Shown piece by piece: positions 19,463 through 29,695 of a stretch of DNA of 64,000 bases. The DNA is taken from NCBI GenBank assembly GCA_963748215.1, contig CAVVHS010000007.1:288001-352000 (forward strand), in the 5' to 3' direction. Both the position numbers and the translations under genes were made by a program. Origin of the DNA: an uncultured Gammaproteobacteria bacterium. Lineage in GTDB: Bacteria; Pseudomonadota; Gammaproteobacteria; UBA9214. Within the stretch, counting starts at the first letter, position 1. Each line of letters opens with the position of its first letter. A model generated the notes under the pieces. That model had not been told where the DNA came from. It worked only from the letters and a program-made list of their open reading frames with translations, and searched no databases.

Positions 19463-19846
19463 ATGGACGATCTCGAGCGCGACCGCAAGATACAGGCCTG
19501 GCAGGAAAAGGCACGACGGGCCGGCAAGCGCCGCAAGCCGCGTAACCTGTACGTGATCACGCTTGATCCGGAGGTGCTGTGGATCCGGGAGTTCCGCCAG
19601 GAGAATCCAGGCTACATCGAAGGCATGCCGTGCGTGTACGTCGGTATGACCGTGCATGATCCGGGTGACCGCTTCGAGCAGCATATGCTCGGTTACCGCA
19701 GCAGCAAGTTCCCGCATCGCTATGGCATAGAACTGGCGCAGGAACTGATGGCAGGCTTTGACGGGGCAGGGCTCGATGACGCGGAACGGGAATCAGCGCT
19801 GGCCCGCTGGCTGCGCCGGCAGGGCTGCGCGGTGTGGCAGAACTGA
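19463..19846 (+). CDS. Small GIY-YIG-like protein
   Basis: LYVI...CVYVGMT..PGDRFEQH..G...ERESALARWLRRQGCAVWQN. Confidence 0.65.
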   Translation: MDDLERDRKIQAWQEKARRAGKRRKPRNLYVITLDPEVLWIREFRQENPGYIEGMPCVYVGMTVHDPGDRFEQHMLGYRSSKFPHRYGIELAQELMAGFDGAGLDDAERESALARWLRRQGCAVWQN

Positions 19847-19905
19847 AGTTAACCAATCAACTCGCGCAGAGATGCGAGTGACATGCCTGGTCGTCAGGCC
19901 TGCTG

Positions 19906-20505
19906 CTAGCCGTTACCGTGCTGGCCGGCCAATGACTTTGATATCTGTTTCCACGCCTGGCGCAGCGCCTTGGGGATTTTTCTCGGTTTCGGCGGCTTCT
20001 GGCGGACTTCCCGGGACAGCACTACGTTGTCCGGCTGGCCCTTGGGGAACCTGGCGCCGTGCGTAAACAGGTGGATACCGGCGACGGCGGTGCCGGGTAC
20101 CAGCAGGCGCACTGCCTCGACCTGGCGCTGCAGGTAGTCGTCCGGGTTGGGGAACTTGTAGCTGCAGCGGTTGATTACCTGGGTCCACTGGTCGGTCTGC
20201 GCCCCGCCGAAGATCACTCCATGGAAGCGTTTCACGCCCACCACCAGCACGGCATCGGGCGACAGCAGCAGGTAGTCGATGGTGACCTCGCCGCCCATGC
20301 CGTCCGGCAGGTTTATGTTACGCAGGTTGCGTGCGCCGAGCCGCTTGATGGCGCGCGACAGCCGGCGTTCCTCGCGCCAGTTGAAGATCTGTTCGCGGAA
20401 CGAGAAGAGCAGTACTGCGATAACGGCAAGCGTACCCAGCACCAGGTACAGCTGGTTGATCGTCAGTGGTATCGATTGCAGCAGCTTGTGGAAAATATCC
20501 GGCAT
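19906..20505 (-). CDS. Membrane-anchored NERD (nuclease-related) domain protein
   Basis: TM helix; IDYLLL...VVGVKRFHGVIFG....QWTQ....YKFPNP. Confidence 0.8.
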   Translation of the reverse strand: MPDIFHKLLQSIPLTINQLYLVLGTLAVIAVLLFSFREQIFNWREERRLSRAIKRLGARNLRNINLPDGMGGEVTIDYLLLSPDAVLVVGVKRFHGVIFGGAQTDQWTQVINRCSYKFPNPDDYLQRQVEAVRLLVPGTAVAGIHLFTHGARFPKGQPDNVVLSREVRQKPPKPRKIPKALRQAWKQISKSLAGQHGNG

Positions 20506-20655
20506 TGAAACCCCGTTCACTGGTCGACGGGGCGTGATTATAGGGCAAGCGGGGGGCTGATGTTGAGGCTGTCTGCGGGCGGATGCATCCGGCTCGCGGG
20601 GCAGGTACAGGGGTGTTCGTTACCGCGGGACGCCGATCGCGCCGGTCAGGCTGCT

Positions 20656-21591
20656 TTACTTGCTGCTCAGGTATTGCGACGGGTTGACCTGCTTGCCGTC
20701 GCGCAGCACCTCGATATGCACGTGCGGTCCGGTGGAGCGCCCGGTCGAGCCCATCAGTGCAACCGGCTGGCCCTTGCGCACGGTATCGCCGGCTTCGACC
20801 AGCAACGCCTTGTTGTGACCGTAGCGTGTAACGATGCCGTTGCCGTGGTCGATTTCGACCAGGTTGCCGTAGCCGTTGCGTGTGCCGGACCAGATCACCA
20901 CGCCGTCACCCGTGGCGAGTACATCCGAACCTTCCTTGCCGGCGATATCGATACCCTTGTGCAGTTCCATTTCGCCGGTGAACGGATCGATGCGCTTGCC
21001 GAACTTTGAGGAGAGCAAGCCCTTGTCCACGGCACGGCCGGACGGCATGATGCGCTCGGTCAGATTGCGGTTCATGATCAGCTGTTCCAGCACATCCAGC
21101 TTCTGGGTGCGGTCGGCAACGGCCAGGTCGAGGTCGTCGAGCATCCCGAGAAAGTCCGGCACGGTGGTGGCCGTCAGCGCCGTGCTGTCATGCGGGCCGC
21201 CGACCGGGGGTGCGATAGTGAAGTCGAATTCGCTGGCATCGAGGTCGGCCTGGGTCACCAGACGGTCACCCAGTGCATCCAGGCGCATCAGCTGGGCCTG
21301 CATGCGGCCCAGTCGCACGGCCAGGGCATTGAGGTGATCGTGTGCGCTGGTCCGGTTCTGGTCGATCTGCGTCTGGTGCTCGCCCGTCAGCAGCCGCAGA
21401 TCGGCGACCTCGGTCAGCTGGCGACTCGCCTCGAGGCTAACGCCGAGGTGAAAGCCGCCGTAGAGAATGACGCCGAACAGCGCAAGCGCAGTGGCAGTGA
21501 GGATATACAGGGTGCGCCGCGGGTTGTACGCAAGACTGTGCACGCGCCCGTGGCGGCTGGTAAACAGGATAGTGTTCGTTGCCTGGTGCAT
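20656..21591 (-). CDS. M23-family peptidoglycan endopeptidase
   Basis: HKGID, GYGNLVEIDHG, YGH, GSTGRSTGPHVHIEV. Confidence 0.95.
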   Translation of the reverse strand: MHQATNTILFTSRHGRVHSLAYNPRRTLYILTATALALFGVILYGGFHLGVSLEASRQLTEVADLRLLTGEHQTQIDQNRTSAHDHLNALAVRLGRMQAQLMRLDALGDRLVTQADLDASEFDFTIAPPVGGPHDSTALTATTVPDFLGMLDDLDLAVADRTQKLDVLEQLIMNRNLTERIMPSGRAVDKGLLSSKFGKRIDPFTGEMELHKGIDIAGKEGSDVLATGDGVVIWSGTRNGYGNLVEIDHGNGIVTRYGHNKALLVEAGDTVRKGQPVALMGSTGRSTGPHVHIEVLRDGKQVNPSQYLSSK

Positions 21592-21972
21592 GGCGCTTAC
21601 CTGGTTGTTGTGCGGGCGCACGCGTCTCAACGAGCCCGGTCTCTGCGTTCGACCCGTGTCACCGGTGGGTCGGTTCCGCATATGCAGCAAAGGCTAGGGC
21701 GCAAAGGGGATAGGGTAAATAGTCCAAAAGTACAGGTATAAAACCAATGTCCATTAATAACAAAAGGATGTAGCACCTATCAAGAAACCATATGAGGCGG
21801 CTAACACCCGATCCGGGGGTCAGGATGGGGTTGCCGGGCGCATGGCGTGGTGCCTGGGACCCCGCCGCAAGGGGGGTGGATGGCCCGGGTCGTGGCCGCT
21901 TGTCACTGCAACTGACAGTCAGACGCGCGTTACGGTTTGTGGCGGCGCGGCGTTAGGCTAGAGTAGCCGGGT

Positions 21973-22638
21973 ATGGATATCCCCGCCGGCCTGTTACCAG
22001 GCAGTTACCTGTTGAGCGCGGCAGTACTGTATGTATCGCTGTTGCTGCTGGCCCTGCTGACGGCGCCGTGGACGAAGATCCGCGACAGCGAGGCACAGCA
22101 GGTCTATTTCGGCGCCATGGTCACGGTGCTCGTGCTGTGGATCATGCACGGTGGTATCCAGCCGGGGCTCGACTACCATCTGCTCGGCGTCACCGCGCTG
22201 ACCCTGTTGTTCGAATGGCAGTTCGCGCTGATCGCGGTCAGCGTGCTGCTGGCATTTACCACCTGGCAGGGTGCGGCCGGCTGGGAGGCCTTCGGGATCA
22301 ACGCACTGGTGATGGGCGTGGTGCCGATACTGTTTACACGCATGCTGCTGTATGTCTGCCAGCGCTGGCTGGCGCATAATTTTTTCATCTATATCTTCAT
22401 CAATGCCTTCCTGGCCGGCGCGGTGTCGATACTGCTGGCGGGGCTGGCCTCCGGCCTGGTCCAGCAACTGGCCGCCGTCCATCCCGGCAATACACTGGTG
22501 AGTAATTTCCTGATGATATTTCCGATGCTGATGTTCGGCGAAGGCTTTCTGAACGGTGCGGCGCTGTCGCTGGTGGTGGCCTACAAGCCGGCCTGGGTGG
22601 CGACCTTTCATGACCGCTGGTATCTGCAGGGGAAGTGA
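21973..22638 (+). CDS. CbiM-like energy-coupling-factor permease
   Basis: YHLLG, NFFIYIFINAF, FGEGFLNG, YKPAWVATF.D..YL. Confidence 0.85.
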   Translation: MDIPAGLLPGSYLLSAAVLYVSLLLLALLTAPWTKIRDSEAQQVYFGAMVTVLVLWIMHGGIQPGLDYHLLGVTALTLLFEWQFALIAVSVLLAFTTWQGAAGWEAFGINALVMGVVPILFTRMLLYVCQRWLAHNFFIYIFINAFLAGAVSILLAGLASGLVQQLAAVHPGNTLVSNFLMIFPMLMFGEGFLNGAALSLVVAYKPAWVATFHDRWYLQGK

Positions 22639-22710
22639 TGCGGCTCGGCTGGCGGGTCGGGAAGCGCGTTACAATACAGCCACCCTGAATCTGTCACCGG
22701 TAGCCGAACC

Positions 22711-24063
22711 ATGACCAGCAAACTTTCCGAGTCCGACGCAGTTGCGGAAAACCTTGATCCGGTTTTCATCAGCGAGCAACAGTTCGACCGTGCGGCCGCC
22801 TACGTCAGGGGCCTGAAGCGGGGGCTGATCGATTTCCTGAAAAAACCGAAGCGGGTGACCATCGTGAATTTCCCCATCGAGCTGGATGACGGATCGGTGC
22901 AGAGCTTCCTCGGTTTCCGCGTGGTGCACAACCGCGTGTTCGGTCCGGGCAAGGGCGGCATGCGCTATCACCCGGACGTCACCATGGAAGAGGTCATCTC
23001 GCTGGCCAAGCTGATGACCTGGAAGTGCGCGCTGGTCAACATCCCGTTCGGCGGCGCCAAGGGCGGCGTGGTATGCGACACCAAGACGCTGACCGAGGCC
23101 GAACAGCGCCGCATCACGCGCCGCTTCACATCGGAGCTGTTCGATGTCATCGGGCCGTACAAGGACATCCCGGCGCCGGACCTGTACACCAGCGAGCAGA
23201 CCATGGCGTGGATCTACGACACCTACGACGTGCTGCATCCCGGATTCAACAACCGCCCCGTGGTCACCGGCAAGCCGGTGGAGATGGGGGGTGCCTGCGG
23301 GCGTACCGAGGCCACTGGCATGGGCTGCGTATTCGCCACCCGGCGCTTTCTGTCCAAGGCGCTGTTGCCCGACCGGCAGGAGATCGCCGGTGCACGCGTG
23401 GCGATCCAGGGCTTCGGCGACGTCGGTGCGGTGGCCGCGCATACCTTTGGCCGCGAGGGCGCGCGCATCGTCGCCATCAGCGACAGTCAGGGCGGCATCT
23501 ACAGCGAGGACGGGCTGGAACCGGATGCCGTGGCGCGCTTCAAGGCGGAGCACGGCACGGTGGTCGGCATGGCGAACACGCTGACCATTACCAATGCGGA
23601 ATTGCTGGAACTGGACTGCGACATCCTGATGCCGGCGGCGCTGGGCAACCAGATCCATGGCGGCAATGCACACAACATCAAGGCACGGCTGGTGGTGGAG
23701 GGCGCCAACAATCCCACCACGCCTCAGGCAGACCGGATCCTCGGGGACAAGGGCATCTACGTACTGCCGGATATTCTCGCCAACGCCGGCGGCGTGACGG
23801 TTAGCTACTACGAATGGGTGCAGAACCAGGCCAACGAACAATGGAGTCAGGATGATGTCATGGCGAGGTTGAGTGAGCGTATGCATACCGCCGTCGACAC
23901 CGTGTTCAACCGCTGGCAGGCGTTCGTGGTCGGCGAGGAGAAGCCGGCCGGCCGGGTGTTGTCGGAGGCGCCGGTCGAAGTGCCGGATCTCCGCACCGTG
24001 GCGCTGATGATCGCCATCGAGCGCGTGACCCGCGCCACCCTTATTCGCGGCATCTGGCCGTAG
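22711..24063 (+). CDS. Glu/Leu/Phe/Val dehydrogenase (glutamate dehydrogenase type)
   Basis: KGGMRYHP, MTWKCA, PFGGAKGG, DIPAPD, VTGKP, QGFGDVG, EGANNPT, NAGGVTVSY. Confidence 0.93.
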   Translation: MTSKLSESDAVAENLDPVFISEQQFDRAAAYVRGLKRGLIDFLKKPKRVTIVNFPIELDDGSVQSFLGFRVVHNRVFGPGKGGMRYHPDVTMEEVISLAKLMTWKCALVNIPFGGAKGGVVCDTKTLTEAEQRRITRRFTSELFDVIGPYKDIPAPDLYTSEQTMAWIYDTYDVLHPGFNNRPVVTGKPVEMGGACGRTEATGMGCVFATRRFLSKALLPDRQEIAGARVAIQGFGDVGAVAAHTFGREGARIVAISDSQGGIYSEDGLEPDAVARFKAEHGTVVGMANTLTITNAELLELDCDILMPAALGNQIHGGNAHNIKARLVVEGANNPTTPQADRILGDKGIYVLPDILANAGGVTVSYYEWVQNQANEQWSQDDVMARLSERMHTAVDTVFNRWQAFVVGEEKPAGRVLSEAPVEVPDLRTVALMIAIERVTRATLIRGIWP

Positions 24064-24446
24064 CGGTCGAGACCAGTCTCGCGCAGAGATGCGAAGCCGC
24101 ACCGGACAACGACATAATTCGCCACAGAGTACACAGAGCACACAGGGTATCAATTGTGCTGCTTCCGGATTCATTGTCCTGCAGGAGCGGCTATGCCGGG
24201 TGTAGGAGCGCTTCCCAAACGCGATCCGCTCCAGCGGCGTAGGCGCTACGCGCGCATGGAACGCGTGGGGCAGGGCGGCAAAGGAATTGGTCAGCGGCCG
24301 TGTCTTGAGCGTATGCATGCAAGGTAACGGGTGGGCAGGGTCCGCCAGAATAAGGCAATTCGCCATGACACCGGTGCCCGAACGCGTTACGGACAATTCC
24401 GCTAGAATATCCCCAGCATTCGAATAACCATTCGGAGGACCCGGAA

Positions 24447-25367
24447 ATGCGGACGCAGCTCTGCTGTTTTCTTTTGTGGGTACTGCCGGCCCTCGCGCAG
24501 GCCGTGCCGCCGGTGGCGGATATGCACCTGCACTACAAGTGGAGCCAGCGCGACGTGACCACGCCGGCCGACGCGCTCGCCGTGCTGGAAGACCAGAATA
24601 TCGTGCTGGGTGTGGTGATCGGTACACCGGCGGAACTGGCCCTGGAGCTGGTACGGCTTGACCCACGTCGCATCGTGTCGATCTACAGTCCCTACCGCAT
24701 CGGCGGCGACTGGCAACGCTGGGCGCGTGATCCAGGCGTCGTCACACGGGCGCGTGCGGCACTTGCGTCCGGCAACTATCACGGTATCGGCGAGCTGCAC
24801 CTGATCGGGGGGTTCGCGCCGAAGCTGGAAAGGGCGCAGGTGCTGCATGGCCTGTTGCAGCTCGCTGAAGAGTTCGACGTACCGATCATGCTGCACACCG
24901 AGTATTCACGGCCGGACCCGGTGCTGGCACTGTGCGCGCAATACCCCGGGGTCCGCATCATCTGGGCACATGCCGGAGCGATCCTCGCACCGGAACAGGT
25001 GGCGCGCGTGCTGGACGGCTGTGGCAATGTGCTTGCCGGGCTGGCCGCACGTGATCCGTGGCGATTCGTGAATAACCCGATCAGTGATACGCAGGGGCGG
25101 CTGTTGCCGGCCTGGCGGTCCGTATTGCTGCAGTACCCGGATCGTTTCATGGTCGGTTCCGACCCGGTGTGGCCGGTCGAGCAGCTCGATTCCTGGGACC
25201 GCGACGATACCGGCTGGCAGGAACTCGGACGCTTCTGGCAGTTTCACCGTGGCTGGCTGGAGCAATTGCCGGATGCTGTCGCACGGCGTATCGCCTGCAC
25301 GAACGCCGTGCAGCTGTTCGGACGTGAAGGGCAGGTATCATGCAACGATAAAACCCGGCATCGATAG
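24447..25367 (+). CDS. Exported amidohydrolase (TIM-barrel) family protein
   Basis: Signal peptide; DMHLHY, GIGELH, MLH.E, IWAHAG, RFMVGSD. Confidence 0.85.
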   Translation: MRTQLCCFLLWVLPALAQAVPPVADMHLHYKWSQRDVTTPADALAVLEDQNIVLGVVIGTPAELALELVRLDPRRIVSIYSPYRIGGDWQRWARDPGVVTRARAALASGNYHGIGELHLIGGFAPKLERAQVLHGLLQLAEEFDVPIMLHTEYSRPDPVLALCAQYPGVRIIWAHAGAILAPEQVARVLDGCGNVLAGLAARDPWRFVNNPISDTQGRLLPAWRSVLLQYPDRFMVGSDPVWPVEQLDSWDRDDTGWQELGRFWQFHRGWLEQLPDAVARRIACTNAVQLFGREGQVSCNDKTRHR

Positions 25368-25456
25368 CGTGCCGGGCTGGCCGCGGCAGGGCCGCGGGGT
25401 TCGGTTACAATGGCCCGCAGCAATACGACTTCCAACAACAGCAACAGGAAACCAAC

Positions 25457-26068
25457 ATGAAAATAACGCTGATCAGCGGCAGTCATCGCGAAAAGGCGCA
25501 GACGCTCAAGGTGGCACGTCACATACAACGCACGCTGGATGACGGTATCTGCGAGCAGACCGCGCTGGTCAATCTCGCCGGCAATCCCTTGCCACTATGG
25601 GACACCGACGTTTGGGAGGGCAACGGGCAATGGCAGCAGCGGCTCGACCCGATCCGGGCGGAACTCGCGTCCAGTGACGGCTTCGTGGTGCTGGCACCGG
25701 AGTGGCACGGCCAGGTGCCCGCCGGTCTGAAGAACTTTTTCCTGCTGTTCGGCCAGAACGAGCTGGGCCATAAGCCGGCGTTGATCGTGACGGTCTCGTC
25801 CGGCGATGGCGGGGCCTATCCGGTTGCCGAGCTGCGTATGAGCAGTTACAAGAACTCCCGTATCTGTTACCTGCCCGAGCACGTTATCGTACGTCACGTG
25901 GAGTCAGTGCTGAACGAGGAGGCGAGCGAAAACAACGCGGGTGCCGACGAATATTTCCGTGCACGCATTGCCTGGGCGCTGGGTATCCTGAAGGAATATG
26001 CGGTGGCCCTGCGCCAGGTGCGCGCCAGCGGCGTCACCGCGACGGAGCAGTTCAAAAACGGAATGTAG
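25457..26068 (+). CDS. NADPH-dependent FMN reductase family
   Basis: SGSHR, APEWHGQVPAGLKNFF, HKPALIV. Confidence 0.9.
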   Translation: MKITLISGSHREKAQTLKVARHIQRTLDDGICEQTALVNLAGNPLPLWDTDVWEGNGQWQQRLDPIRAELASSDGFVVLAPEWHGQVPAGLKNFFLLFGQNELGHKPALIVTVSSGDGGAYPVAELRMSSYKNSRICYLPEHVIVRHVESVLNEEASENNAGADEYFRARIAWALGILKEYAVALRQVRASGVTATEQFKNGM

Positions 26069-26206
26069 AGGCGCCGACCCTGGATGCCGGTACGGACGCC
26101 GGCCGGACCGGTCGGACGGCTCTGACAGGGATGGCGCGCGGCGACATTCAGCCGCATAATCCTGCGCGCAGGATGGCCTGCACTGTCCGGTCCCGGCAAG
26201 CACAAC

Positions 26207-26857
26207 ATGTCCGACAACTCCCTATTGCACACCCTGGCCAGCGGATTGCCCGGGCCCGTTCCCGGGATCGTTGCCGCGCTCGCCGAACAGGGCTGGTGCG
26301 TGACACCCGGTTTTCTGGCCCCGGCGCTGGTCGACGTGCTGCGTTATGAGCTCGAGGCCTGCTGGCAGGCCGGCGGGTTTCGCCGCGCCGGCGTTGGTCG
26401 CGGTGCGCAGCTGCAGGTCAGGCCGGAGGTGCGCACCGACTGCGTGCACTGGCTGGATGCGCAGGCCTGCAGTCCGGCCCAGCGCCGTTACCTGGATGCA
26501 GTGGAGCGCCTGCGGCTGGCGATCAACGGTACCCTGTTTCTGGGCCTGTTCGATTTCGAGGCGCACCTGGCGGTCTACCCGGCCGGGACGTACTACCGCA
26601 GACACCTGGACCAGTTCGCCGGATTCGGCACGCGCTGCGTGACCTGCACGCTGTATCTCAATGCGGACTGGCAGGCGGGGGACGGCGGGCAGCTGCGCAT
26701 CTATACCGACCCGGATGAGCCAGGCCATGCTGAAGAGGTCCTGCCGTCGGGCGGGACCCTGGTGACGTTCCTCAGTGCGCGCTTCCTGCACGAGGTCCTG
26801 CCGGCGCGGCGCAGCCGCATGAGCATCACCGGCTGGTTCCGGACCCGAGAAACCTGA
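26207..26857 (+). CDS. 2OG-Fe(II) oxygenase (prolyl-hydroxylase-like)
   Basis: YRRHLD, YLNADWQAGDGGQLRI, HEVLP..R.SITGWFR. Confidence 0.92.
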   Translation: MSDNSLLHTLASGLPGPVPGIVAALAEQGWCVTPGFLAPALVDVLRYELEACWQAGGFRRAGVGRGAQLQVRPEVRTDCVHWLDAQACSPAQRRYLDAVERLRLAINGTLFLGLFDFEAHLAVYPAGTYYRRHLDQFAGFGTRCVTCTLYLNADWQAGDGGQLRIYTDPDEPGHAEEVLPSGGTLVTFLSARFLHEVLPARRSRMSITGWFRTRET

Positions 26858-27180
26858 TCTCGCGCAAAGGCGCCAGGAAATTTCCCTCGCGCAGAGTCGC
26901 AGAGCGCGCAGAGAAAATTTGGTAAGTTCATGCGGATGTTTTTTATAGCTGTAGGAGCGCTCCTGCAGCAATAGCCTGTTTGCCTGGTCGATGCGCTTCC
27001 CGGGCTTGCCGCATTTTGCGCAGAGAAGGCACCTCTGATTTATTCACTCATCGTCATCCCGACGCATGTCGGAATCCAGAGTTTTAACTGACCTTGATGC
27101 CGGCCTTCGCCGGCATGACGAAGTTATCATAGATTCCGGAAATGCCGTTTCTCTGCGCACTCTGCGCCTCTGCGCGAGAT
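26858..27180. repeat. Nested repeat cluster: inverted CGCAGAG tracts enclosing GTAG- and CGTC-type palindromes
   Basis: ctcgcgcagagtcgcagagcgcgcagag (~26886) versus ctctgcgcactctgcgcctctgcgcgag (~27151); gtaggagcgctcctgc; cgtcatcccg...gccggcatgacg (27052-27120). Confidence 0.75.
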
Positions 27181-27203
27181 GACTTTCTGCAGGGCGGGAA
27201 CGC

Positions 27204-28205
27204 TCAATCCATGGCCAGTACGATCTTGCCCTGCGTGTGTCCGGTCTCGACCAGCGCGTGCGCGGTGGCGGCCTCGTGCAGGGACAGGGTCTTCGACACC
27301 AGCGGCTTGAGCGCGCCACCGTCGATCAGGGTCTCGCAACGACGCAGTATCTCGCCCTGGTGATGGCGCGCCTCGGGCAGCTCCTGCAGCATGGGTGTCA
27401 GCATCAGGGTGAAGGCGATCGACAGGTTGCGGTTGCGCGCCTCCTTCCAGTCCACGTCGGGACCCGGGTCGAGCAGGGTTACGACGTGGCCATACATGCA
27501 CGTGGCGGCGAGGCTGCGACGGAAGTTTTCGCCACCCAGCGTATCGAGCACCACGTCCACACCACGGCCGCCGCTCCAGTCCAGCGCGGCCTCCACAAAA
27601 TCACAGTCCTGGTAGTGGATGACGTGGTCTGCGCCGAGCAGCCTGACGAACGCCGCTTTCTCCCGGGTGCTGACGGTGGTGGCGATGCGCGCACCGACCG
27701 AGTTGGCCAGCTGGATGGCGACGTGACCGACACCGCCGGCGCCGGCATGGATCAGGACCGTCTGGCCGGCCTCCAGGCCGGCGCGGTCGAACAGGGCCTC
27801 CCACGCCGTGATCAGCACCAGCGGCAGGGCGGCTGCGGATTCGAAGTCGAGGCTGCCCGGTAAATGCTCGGCTTCCTGTTCATCCAGTACCGTGTATTCG
27901 GCGTAGTTTCCGGGTGCCTCGCCCAGTCCGCCGTGGCAGAACCATACCGGGTCACCAGGCTTGAAGCGTGTCACTGCCGGGCCGCATTCGGTGACGATAC
28001 CGGCCCCGTCGCAGCCCAGAATCGCGGGATAGGCGTAGGGGAAAAACACCCCGCGCGCACGCAGCTTGGTATCCACCGGGTTGATGCCCGCTGCCTTCAG
28101 CTGCACCTTGATCGCGGTCGGCGTGTCGATCAGTGGCTCGGGAATGTCGACGACGCGCAATACCTCGTGTGCCGGCCCCGGTCTGATCATATGGATCGCC
28201 TTCAT
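27204..28205 (-). CDS. MDR-superfamily quinone oxidoreductase / alcohol dehydrogenase
   Basis: GINPVD, LGCDGAG, HAGAGGVGHVAIQLA, GKIVL. Confidence 0.92.
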   Translation of the reverse strand: MKAIHMIRPGPAHEVLRVVDIPEPLIDTPTAIKVQLKAAGINPVDTKLRARGVFFPYAYPAILGCDGAGIVTECGPAVTRFKPGDPVWFCHGGLGEAPGNYAEYTVLDEQEAEHLPGSLDFESAAALPLVLITAWEALFDRAGLEAGQTVLIHAGAGGVGHVAIQLANSVGARIATTVSTREKAAFVRLLGADHVIHYQDCDFVEAALDWSGGRGVDVVLDTLGGENFRRSLAATCMYGHVVTLLDPGPDVDWKEARNRNLSIAFTLMLTPMLQELPEARHHQGEILRRCETLIDGGALKPLVSKTLSLHEAATAHALVETGHTQGKIVLAMD

Positions 28206-28345
28206 GAGGGATTTATAACACGTGCGGGTGACGCGGGGTATGTCTCCGGTCGGCTGCCGGCGCCGGTAAGGAACCGGTGCCGGCGGCCGTTAACAAGGGG
28301 AGATATCGGTTTCCTGAACTCATCCAGCTGGCGGTGGCCTTAAAA

Positions 28346-28999
28346 ATGAAGAAAAAGACCCGGCATATCCCTTTTTACACCAGACACCTGCCGTTGGCGG
28401 GCATTACCTTGCTGGTCCTGCTGCTGCAGGGCTGCGCCACCCTCGACCGGGATCAGTGCCGAGTCGCCGACTGGCGACTGATCGGCTACCAGGACGGCGT
28501 GCAGGGCAAGCCGTCCAGCATTATCGGGACCTACCGCGAGGACTGCGCCAAACATGCCATCGTGCCGGATCTCGATGCCTGGCAGGCCGGGCGCGCGCAG
28601 GGGCTGCAGGAATACTGCACACCTGCCAACGCCTTCCGCCTCGGTCGTTCGGGTCACGCCTACCCGGGTGTATGCCCCGGGCCGGCTGATGCCGCGTTCG
28701 AGACGGCCTACGGCGACGGGCGCGCGATCTACCTGGCGCGCTCCGAGGTCAAGGATACCCATGCGCAGATTCACCGGCGCGAGAAAGAAATCGACGCCTT
28801 GTACAAGGACAAGGAGCACAAGCTTGTTGCGCTGGTGCAGGATGGCCTGCAGAAGGAGCAGCGTGTCCTGTTGCTGTACCAGATTCACGAGATTGATCAG
28901 GAAATCGAGGCCCTGGACGCCGAAATCGACAGCCTAGAGTACGATCTGCAGGTGCAGCAGGCCTATCTCGACAGCCTCGTCAGCACGATATCACGCTAG
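28346..28999 (+). CDS. DUF2799-family lipoprotein
   Basis: LQGC lipobox; C...DWRLIGYQDG; GL.EYCTP.NAF..G..G..Y.GVC; coiled-coil tail. Confidence 0.85.
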   Translation: MKKKTRHIPFYTRHLPLAGITLLVLLLQGCATLDRDQCRVADWRLIGYQDGVQGKPSSIIGTYREDCAKHAIVPDLDAWQAGRAQGLQEYCTPANAFRLGRSGHAYPGVCPGPADAAFETAYGDGRAIYLARSEVKDTHAQIHRREKEIDALYKDKEHKLVALVQDGLQKEQRVLLLYQIHEIDQEIEALDAEIDSLEYDLQVQQAYLDSLVSTISR

Positions 29000-29068
29000 G
29001 CGGGTTTCCCGGTCAGGACCGGGACACGGCGTCCGTTGGGCGCAGTCCTGAATCACCGGTAACAACAC

Positions 29069-29674
29069 ATGGAAGCAGGGAAAAAGGGATCTTTGTCACC
29101 GCTTGCCGCCACCCAGGCCGCGCTGGCGGAAGCCAATCGCCGAATGCTCACCGACGAGCAGCTGCAGCGCGCGCTGGAATCTTTCGAGAAGATCATGACT
29201 TACCGCAGCGAGATGTACCTGCATCTCTCGAGGCGGGTGCGTGTCACCGTGCGCGGGGGTATGGGCGTGTTCGCGGCGGTCGGGCTTGCCATGTTTCTGC
29301 TGCTGATCACGCTGGCGATACAGGTCGAGCATGCTGTCGAGAGCAGTCGGCAGCTGGCCGCGCACGTGCGCACCGTCGCGGTCGACATGGCCCAGATCGA
29401 ATCGACCATGACGCAGATCGATGCGCGCATGCAGCGCTTCGACTCGATCGGCGGTTACATGCACGTCATGACCGGCCAGACGGAGCTGATTGCCGATGGC
29501 ATGGCAAATCTTGACGCCAGGATGCAGGTCATCGACCGGCAGATGTCGGCCATCAATGCGCGGCTGTTCAACGTCACGCGCAGTATGGGTGCCATGGGCG
29601 GAGCGGTGAACGGCATGGGCCATTCAGTGACCGAGATTGCCCGCCCGGCAGGCATGTTCGGCTTCCTGCCCTGA
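29069..29674 (+). CDS. Single-TM Met-rich coiled-coil protein
   Basis: TM helix, then heptads rich in M, ending PAGMFGFLP. Confidence 0.75.
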   Translation: MEAGKKGSLSPLAATQAALAEANRRMLTDEQLQRALESFEKIMTYRSEMYLHLSRRVRVTVRGGMGVFAAVGLAMFLLLITLAIQVEHAVESSRQLAAHVRTVAVDMAQIESTMTQIDARMQRFDSIGGYMHVMTGQTELIADGMANLDARMQVIDRQMSAINARLFNVTRSMGAMGGAVNGMGHSVTEIARPAGMFGFLP

Positions 29675-29695
29675 GCGAAACGAAGACTCATTACC

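Noticed and set aside
21600-21972. Cobalamin riboswitch upstream of the CbiM-like gene
   Set aside because: No B12-box motif recognised; only a generic GC-rich hairpin.
22669-24666. 665-aa minus-strand ORF
   Set aside because: Antisense shadow of the glutamate dehydrogenase gene in GC-rich DNA; no motifs.
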